A stretch of DNA of 52,691 bases, counting the filler, from Sphacelaria rigidula (Eukaryota): assembly GCA_964200075.2 (NCBI GenBank). It is 3 parts of 3 records of this genome, joined end to end, with 100 filler letters (N's around TTAATTAATTAA, not from the genome) between each part and the next. Parts side by side here need not be neighbours in the genome. Positions count along the whole stretch, not along the records: positions 35,202 to 52,691 come from CAXNAA020001068.1; 2 more parts are not named here. The stretch is one strand, 5' to 3'. The notes under the pieces were generated by a model. The model was not told where the DNA came from. It worked only from the letters and a program-made list of their open reading frames with translations, and did not search any database. Positions 35,202 to 52,691 of this stretch are shown one piece after another (the first letter of the stretch is position 1; the number at the start of each line of letters is the position of its first letter). The position numbers were made by a program, and so were the translations under genes.

Positions 35202-38200
35202 TAGGTCCCCCACCCGAAATCGCAATTTCATATTTTTCGCAGCGTCCATGGGAGGGGGAGGGGGGGGGGGGTAGGGACAGGTCAGTTCGCCTCACCAGTT
35301 GTCTTCGTACTGTACATTACTCCTGCAGCTAATGTAGCTGCTTGCAAAGGCATTCATACTACTTTATCAATGTAGGTGCCTATGAATGAATATTTTGCAT
35401 AAGGCGGGCCAAGTGGGGGTAATGAGGGGAGGGGGAAGGGGGGGGGTCTAGACTGAGAGATATGCCACCCCTTGATTAATGGTAACATGTATAACGTAGC
35501 GGTCACACGACGATGTATGCAAAGATGCGACGCAGACCGCAGGAACAAGCACACCTCAACTTATTATCCCACTGCTCCAGGATGGACGAAACATAGCTCG
35601 GCGTAGCTACTAATCATAATCATAATGAAGTGAGCATCATGTTCTTGGTTTGGGTGGAATCAGTTCAAAATTGAGTGAGATGCGATACTTTGTGCCAGAC
35701 GCGCGCCAAATAAAACACGCGCACAGGGTCAACAGCTGTATCGTTGGCAATGTCTTTGGTACATACGGTCCACTATGTCTCCTTCAGTACTGGACTGGTT
35801 GTCGTGAAACAAGGACCACGGTGTGCTTGTGCGGTGTTTGTCTGCGTGTTTGTTTGGCCTCTGTTGTATAGACGAAAGCTCCTTCGGTTTCGGTCCTTCC
35901 GGTGCCTCTTCAGGTTTCCACACATGTTTGGACCTGTGTCCAGCGCAAACAAGGACTGTCTTGGCAACACAAGTATATTTGTGAGTTCCCGTTAGGACGC
36001 AAACTGGTCGTCGTGAGTAGACAAAGTTTGGCATCCGCTCTGAAAAACAATCGTCCCATGTATGCTTCCGCTGAGCCATTTTCGTGGGCTACACGCTTTC
36101 ATGCGATACTTGAAAACAGCATACGCGCTCTCCTGTGCTTTTCGGTCTTGATACTTTCGAGTCAATATCGGCACACCTCAAGCATGTGTTGACGTTGTAC
36201 TCCATGGCAAATGGTCTTATACGCAGTCTAGCGTATGTACCACTAAACCGTACACACGGGCGTTCAGTAGCGGTTGTATACAACAATACAAAACATACCA
36301 GAACCATCACTCTCCACCGCACACAACCGCACGTAGTCCACACTGTTTTTCATCTCTGCTTGGTGCTCTACAATAACATTGTGCAGCTCTCTTGTTATCA
36401 CAAGTGGGGACAGGCAGGTCGTGAAGACAGCGCAATGAGCGAAATATATCATTTTTTGGTTAGTTTCGATAGTTGAGCACTAGTCGTTGCAGAAATGATC
36501 AAACAGTTCAACCACAAGCGGACGATCTTGAGTGATTTGTTGGGGACATAATGGGCTGTATGGTCATTCAAAGTTATCAAAATGGCGACTCCAATGCCTT
36601 CGGGCTTGTTGCCCGATCTGACGCTATCCTGAAAACACGCATGGTTGATTTAGGAAGTTTTCTTCGACGATCTGGGACCCCCCTCCCTCCCTCGCCCGGG
36701 AATTAACCCTCTGAACTGCCAACCGGTGACACTATCCCGAGACGAGGCCAACGGCCACAGAGTCAGGGGGAAAACTCGAATGATAATCGAAACCAAAAAC
36801 AGAAGGGGCTCCGTGACTGGCCCGCTCCACTGAACCATAATCAAACTGCCTTCTATTTCCCAAGCCCTAACCAGATTATAACACTTGTCTGTGACGGAAA
36901 AGTTGAACACCTTTGACCGACAACGCGGGGTGAAAAACTTGCCCGGTCACGGAGCGGAAAAGACGATTTAGAGATGCGAACGTGTGCCCAACATTATGGG
37001 CATGCAGTATCTCGTACAGACACCCACAAAAGCCCGCGCATGCTTTCACAGATGAAACCAAGCTCCTTAGAGTACAGAGCACTCCGATCGTGTGCCTTTG
37101 GTTTCCGTGTTGGACCATCATCAACGATGTGTGCATAGTGCATGCAGTGTGCAATCTTCCCTCCAAAGTGTGCAATTTCATCAATGTTTGTGCTGTGCGG
37201 TTATGGGGAAACAGGCATTGCAACCCCGTTTCTTGACGTATCAAACGCCTAAACAAGCGCAATACGCGTGGTCGAGTAAGGGCTATCGCAGGGGCTGTTG
37301 AGCACCACGCGTATTTGAGTGGTGGTGCAACTCTCTTGGTCAGCGTGTGAATTCATTGGATAGGCTTTTGTTTATCAGCTGTTGGTCGTTACGGGCTTAA
37401 ATCTCAAGCATTTCGGAAGCACTTTCACTGTCGATACAGGGTGCAATTGATTGGTTTGATTTAAATGTCGCACCTTTACTGATCCATCTCTCAGGACTCA
37501 GCCGTGGTCATATTATAAATTTGCAAAATCGAAAATCAATAATCGAAAATCGAATTTGATTTCCATTTCGATTTGATTTCGTTACATTCAAGCTCGTTGA
37601 ACGCTCATATGCCCATCAACGGCTGTCTGTCTTTTTTCGACGGGAATTGGAATAATTGTTTTGGCGAAAGAGACAACGCCTGTATGCAAAAGGGGGGCTC
37701 CGGGCCCGCCAAGTCATCAATTCGTTGTGCCTTGCCACGCATGAAGGCTCGATCTAAAATTCTTAGTGCGTCAGCCACGATCAACACCGCTTTGCCCTTT
37801 CAGGACAATCGGTAATTTTAAAAGAGTGCTGTAGCCGTCATCCCGCCAACAGTAGTACATGCTTGTGGTCAGCATCAACACACACAAGCGTGCCCAAAAA
37901 GCGTGGCATGTTTGGTGGAGGGTGTGCGGGTGTGGTTGGGTGCTGTTTCCATTTTGGGCCTAAGGGCCGCGGAAAAATCCTCTCACCCCCCACAGCTAAC
38001 TGAGCAGGACAAGCGCAAGTTGACAAAACGCGGACAACCCGCATGGGACCGCAGCGGTGCTGCTCAAGCGGCATCTCGTGGCATTGAGACTCACGTTGAG
38101 TTGGGCAAGGGGGCCGACCTTCGTCGGATTTTGCGTTTGAATATTTAGGCAACAAAGTACACCATGCTACCGCCCGCTCGATCATGGTCGGCCAGGAGCT

Positions 38201-39965
38201 CGACGATTCGCCGATATTTCCTCGCACGGCTCTGCTTATTGAGCTAGGACCTGAGATTGTGACATGTGATTGTAAAGCACCCACCGACAAATTTCGCCCG
38301 ACACTTTTTTTTTTCTTCTTGAGGAGATACGACAAGCCCAATTGGAATGATCATATCTCGGCGAAAAACACGAAAAAGAGGGTCGGTGTGAATATGTCGG
38401 CGGGTACCTTGCAAATCACGCGTCAAAATTTCAGCTCCCCAAACTAGAAAAGTGAGCTGTGTTAGGCGATGTTTGCACCAGATCGCTCTGCGTACAAACT
38501 TACATGCAATATAGGGTTTCGGCTATCTAGTATCTTTCGAACGAGGATGAGTCACGGAATGAAATGCCCATCTTTTTTCTTCTCGACGAGGGAGTGCGAC
38601 GCTCAGAAAGTCTGAGTAAATTCGAAGTGTTTGTTTTTTACGAGAATGTGTCATAAAAGCAGCCAAAACCCTGATACACAAAATAAAGCCAACACGGAGA
38701 CACGAGTTTTGCAATACCAACTCGGCAGATTTCCATGCAGGGTGGTTGTGCATGATCGCATGAACTAGTCGATTTTAACGATATGCTCAGCTTATCCTCT
38801 GACTATGCCGATACTCATCTGACAATATAACAATTTTCGCAGGTGCGGCTCTTACGGAACCCGAGAACAAGAGCCTGGTCAGTTGCATCATCTCCTTTCG
38901 AACCTCAAAACTTGATATACTAGGTCACGTCTAATCGAGTCAGGAAGACTCTGTTCGCAACTCAGTTTGTACACAGACTTCAGCCCACGAAGACTATTTT
39001 TAGCCTTACCGAGATCACATATTATGTTCAGATGAAAGCCAGATTTGTGCACAGGTTCAGCATGAGGTGGTTTTTTCGGTGGTCGTTGGTCCAACATCTC
39101 TGCGCTAGTCCGGGAAAGACGGGACAAGGAAGCACAAACACTTACACTCCATGGGCCACGCGCAGTAGCTTCACCGTTAGCCCTGTTTATTCCCAGATAG
39201 CAGTCTTTGACGGACATCCGTTCAGTATTGGATGAACGGTGAACACGTGCGTATTCATTTCAACGAAAACGTGTCGTTGCTGACCCTCATGTGTCCGCGT
39301 TCGGTGCGCGTCTGACATACACCACGGCTTCCCGTTGAATTCAGCACAGCTTTGACCACATCGAAGCACAACATGCGCCGCTGATAAGCAGCTACGCATC
39401 GAGCTACAACAGTGCTCTCAGTTCCATGTGTTGCTGTGTAAGGTTGTGTGTTACTCCTTCACATATGCGATTGCTGTGCTTATCTTTCCCCTCGAGTCAA
39501 CAGATTATCTGTTTGCGCAAACCCATGTCAAAAACTTCCAAACGAGGTTTCAAAATTTGTTCGCGCAAACGTACGAGGTTTCAAAATTCGTACAGTATCT
39601 TTTTTCGGTCTTCTTGGGGGGTGCTATTGCACCAACCAATCGCATATGATAAAAGCGGACAGATTTTGATTAAACGGATGTTTCTGCCTCGATGAGGCAT
39701 GGCCTCATTCACTGTTACTTTGTGCGCGTGAGCGGCTGCCGTGAATCAGCAAGATACACCATCAGTATCACACACGAGCAGTTGCATGTTTGATGTCTAT
39801 CGCTGCAATAGATCCGCAGCTCTACGGCACCAGCACCCAACTGAATCATACCCTGATTGAGAGCATGTGGAATCCACTAAATACCATACCTTGCAACATG
39901 CGCGTTATACAGAGTTCGCTCGTCAGCCATGTCTGGTGAAAAAGGACAAAGAAGGAAGTGCATAC

Positions 39966-40134
39966 CTGCCAAGGCTGCGGGCGAGGCAATCTTGGCCAAG
40001 CGCTGTATGGCGTCACGTCTATTCGTTAGCCTTGCTGCAACTTTCCCGTAACGTGGCGCACTCATGACGAATCCACGTGCTAATTGGGAGATGAAGACCA
40101 ACGTTGTAGCTCCCCGGATGAAAAAACGCATCAT
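39966..40134 (-). CDS. Candidate first exon of a plastid-targeted (possibly thylakoid-lumen) protein
   Basis: MMRFFIRGATTLVFISQLARG|FVMSAPRYGKVAARLTNRRDAIQRLAKIASPAALA(G), ending at a CAG|GTATGC donor. Signal peptide with Phe at +1 (ASAFAP-type), a basic transit-like segment and an RRDA twin-arginine-like motif. Confidence 0.5.
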
Positions 40135-40436
40135 TGCTACCCAAAATATTTCCAGAATGCGCCGATCCCGTGCAGGCAGTATAGAGAGGTACGGAAAGGG
40201 ACAGTAGAGGACGGTTAGCACAGCCAGTGCAGTACTATACCGATGGATTGCACAGCTGTCAGGCACTTCGACGTTAGCGTACATGATCCGTCCCAGCGTA
40301 GCTCCCATCCCTGTGTCATTATTTAGGGATAATGCCACGCGTTGAAAGATGTCATGGAATCTCACGTGTACGATTCTGTCATTTACTCTCCACCTGTCCA
40401 ACTCTACACTTCCCTCCCGAATCATCTCCTCGAAAG

Positions 40437-40668
40437 GTGAGTCGTAGCTGGATGGCTTCGATATCTCATGGTCGCTGCTGTGTGCACGTGTCTGCATGCG
40501 CGTGTGAGCCCCACATCAATGAAAGAGTTTTCGAGAGCCACCGTTCGCATGGCGATGGGCAAGAACATTCTGGGGGTACAACATGGTCTGGTCGTGGGGT
40601 CATCAACGTAACTCGTGACTTCCCTTTGTCTTTCTATGTGTCTACTCTCCCTGGTCAATGCTGTTTAG
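40437..40668 (+). other. Probable 5'-UTR intron of the GDP-fucose synthase gene
   Basis: Consensus donor AAG|GTGAGT at 40437. Pyrimidine-rich tract plus TTTAG acceptor ending at 40668, 21 nt before the ATG. Confidence 0.55.
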
Positions 40669-40689
40669 GTATAAATACTCGAGCTGATC

Positions 40690-50851
<10,162 letters not shown>

Positions 50852-51789
50852 GTGAGTTTCAATCTGTGAAGTGCTTTGTATGTAGTCTTCCTCCGACACG
50901 CGTCATCCTTCGCCGTGAATTGTGCTACTCCGATTCAGTCACGCCCGGGCGAGCACTTGTTCCGTGGAGCTTCGCAGATGCAGCAACGTCAAGCGTGTGC
51001 GTGCGACTCTGCTAGAACTGTTGGACTTGACTCGAGCAATATATTGCCGGTGCGAATATGATGCTTGAGTTCACGTGTTTTCACGTACCCTAAAAACTGT
51101 TGCGGTTTGGAGCTGTACGGTCAGGACTAACTATCCCAGCTTAGTTGACCAGCCGATCGCGACCAAAACATTTTGGAGCGGATCATGGCATGATATATGG
51201 TCCTCGGCTCACGAATTACCCCCTCTCGCCCCGCCGCATCACACCACACCGGACCCTGTGAATCATCTTATTGGTGGATCGTGTGCCGACAGGCTTGCGA
51301 TTGGTTTGTGGAGAACTACGAGACGGCTCGTAAGTAAGACTTGGCAGGACTTGGGGCTGGGCAGGATAAGAATTTAATTGTGCCTTTGCCACCCCGTTCT
51401 TGCTGAGCTCTCGCCAACAGTGGGGACATAGCGCGCAAGTTCTCAGATTATTCCTGCGGGGGCGAATCTTCTGGACGTCGACCATGAAGGAATTTCGGGG
51501 GCGTGGCAGATAGTAGTATGTACGAGCTAGCGAAGAAGTACGGCAAGTGTCAATGATTTTTCAAGTTTGTTGTGTTTCATTTCCACCACTCGTGCTTGGC
51601 CTGTTTTTGTCTCCTTCCAACTACTCAGTAGCTGACGTTCGATGATACGATCCCAATAGTGTAAATGTTGTTGTTTGCGTGCTGGCTGTACTTTTCGAGT
51701 ATCGCGGCTAGTAGCGTAACAGCGCAGATGAAAGTGGGTCGCGATATGTTGGGTGCTCCCTTTGTGTCTGGGGTTTCCAACTCTGTTAT

Positions 51790-51993
51790 GCGGGGGGGGG
51801 GGGGGGGGGGGCGACAGATATTTTATGTGGTGACGGGAGAGAGGGGGGGCGGATTTCATGGGCTTTGCGTGTGACACGGCGGAGTNNNNNNNNNNGCTGT
51901 GGGTTGTTGGTGTGTGGTTGTGTGTGTGTGGGGGTCTGTGCTCTGTTTGGTGGTTTCTGTGGGTGTGGGGGGGGGGGGGGGGGGGGGGGGGGG
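51790..51993. repeat. G-homopolymer / GT-rich low-complexity tract with a 9-N gap
   Basis: Runs of up to ~27 G and (GT)-rich sequence. Confidence 0.85.
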
Positions 51994-52691
51994 TTCAACC
52001 AGATTTTACGTTGGCGCTGGTAAAATTGAGGTGTTTATTCGATGCCCTTGGGTTGTAACGCGCGCGACTCTGCGAAGGACCGTTGTTCGAGCCAGACATG
52101 GTGATCTCCGTGCATGGATACTATACATTGTTATGTTTGCAAGTACGGTGTGCTGTTGTTTCGCACGGGTGCGGCGATTTCGCGCGCCCCCCCACCACTG
52201 CTGTGTAAAAACCTTTGTATCTCTGAACGCGGTTTGGGATAGTATGACCCGGTGACACCGCCTTTGTGCCGTCCATACTTGTGGCCACCAGTGGCGGTGT
52301 CGAATTCAACGTTCAGTTTGGTGACGGTTGGGTGGAGAGTAGAGTACTTGAGGGAACATGTAAAAACGGCAATTCGTTCACATCCTCCAACGCCCTTCTT
52401 CTTGGGGAGTGGTGTGCCTATGAGCGCGGAATGTCCTTCTCTTCTCTCATGAGTTTATCGTGCAAACGTCGAAACTAATTTTGAACCGCGGATACATGGA
52501 ATTTTCACCTTGCCACACAGCCCTTCGTGGTCGGGGCGGGCCGTCATTGCCCCCTTTGTTGTGTGCGGCAAATTCTCTTCGAAGCGTATCAGCGTTGTGG
52601 CGCGCATACATACAACAGTATGGTACAGTACACTGTAGTAGGCCTCTCCGACTGTAGCAGCAGCTGCCGCTGCATACTCCCTTGCACGTTC

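Noticed and set aside
52310..52360. FGDGWVESRV as the final fucose synthase exon
   Set aside because: It lacks the expected W-F…N-Y…R-K-stop ending and has no nearby stop; the true last exon is probably beyond the window.

Overview
Eukaryotic, intron-rich and transposon-dense DNA. The gene structure and repeat families look like a brown alga or related ochrophyte (inference). The one confidently identified gene is GDP-L-fucose synthase (+ strand): seven coding exons at 40690-50851 giving 311 aa, with the last exon apparently beyond the window end. A probable small single-TM protein gene ends at 14777-14974 (+). It may be joined across a ~14 kb TE-filled intron to a tandemly duplicated 38-nt exon near the window start. 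A candidate plastid/thylakoid-targeted gene starts head-to-head with the fucose synthase (40134, -). The rest is decayed mobile DNA: an RTE-type LINE and fragments, three tRNA-derived SINE copies, relic MULE, hAT and Plavaka/CACTA-like transposases, and many TIR or foldback MITEs, including a nested TAA-flanked array in intron 1 of the fucose synthase. Two artificial 100-nt scaffold linkers (N44-TTAATTAATTAA-N44) break contiguity. I found no CRISPR, rRNA, functional tRNA or viral genes, and no clearly novel multi-gene system. All family assignments come from manual motif reading, not from searches.
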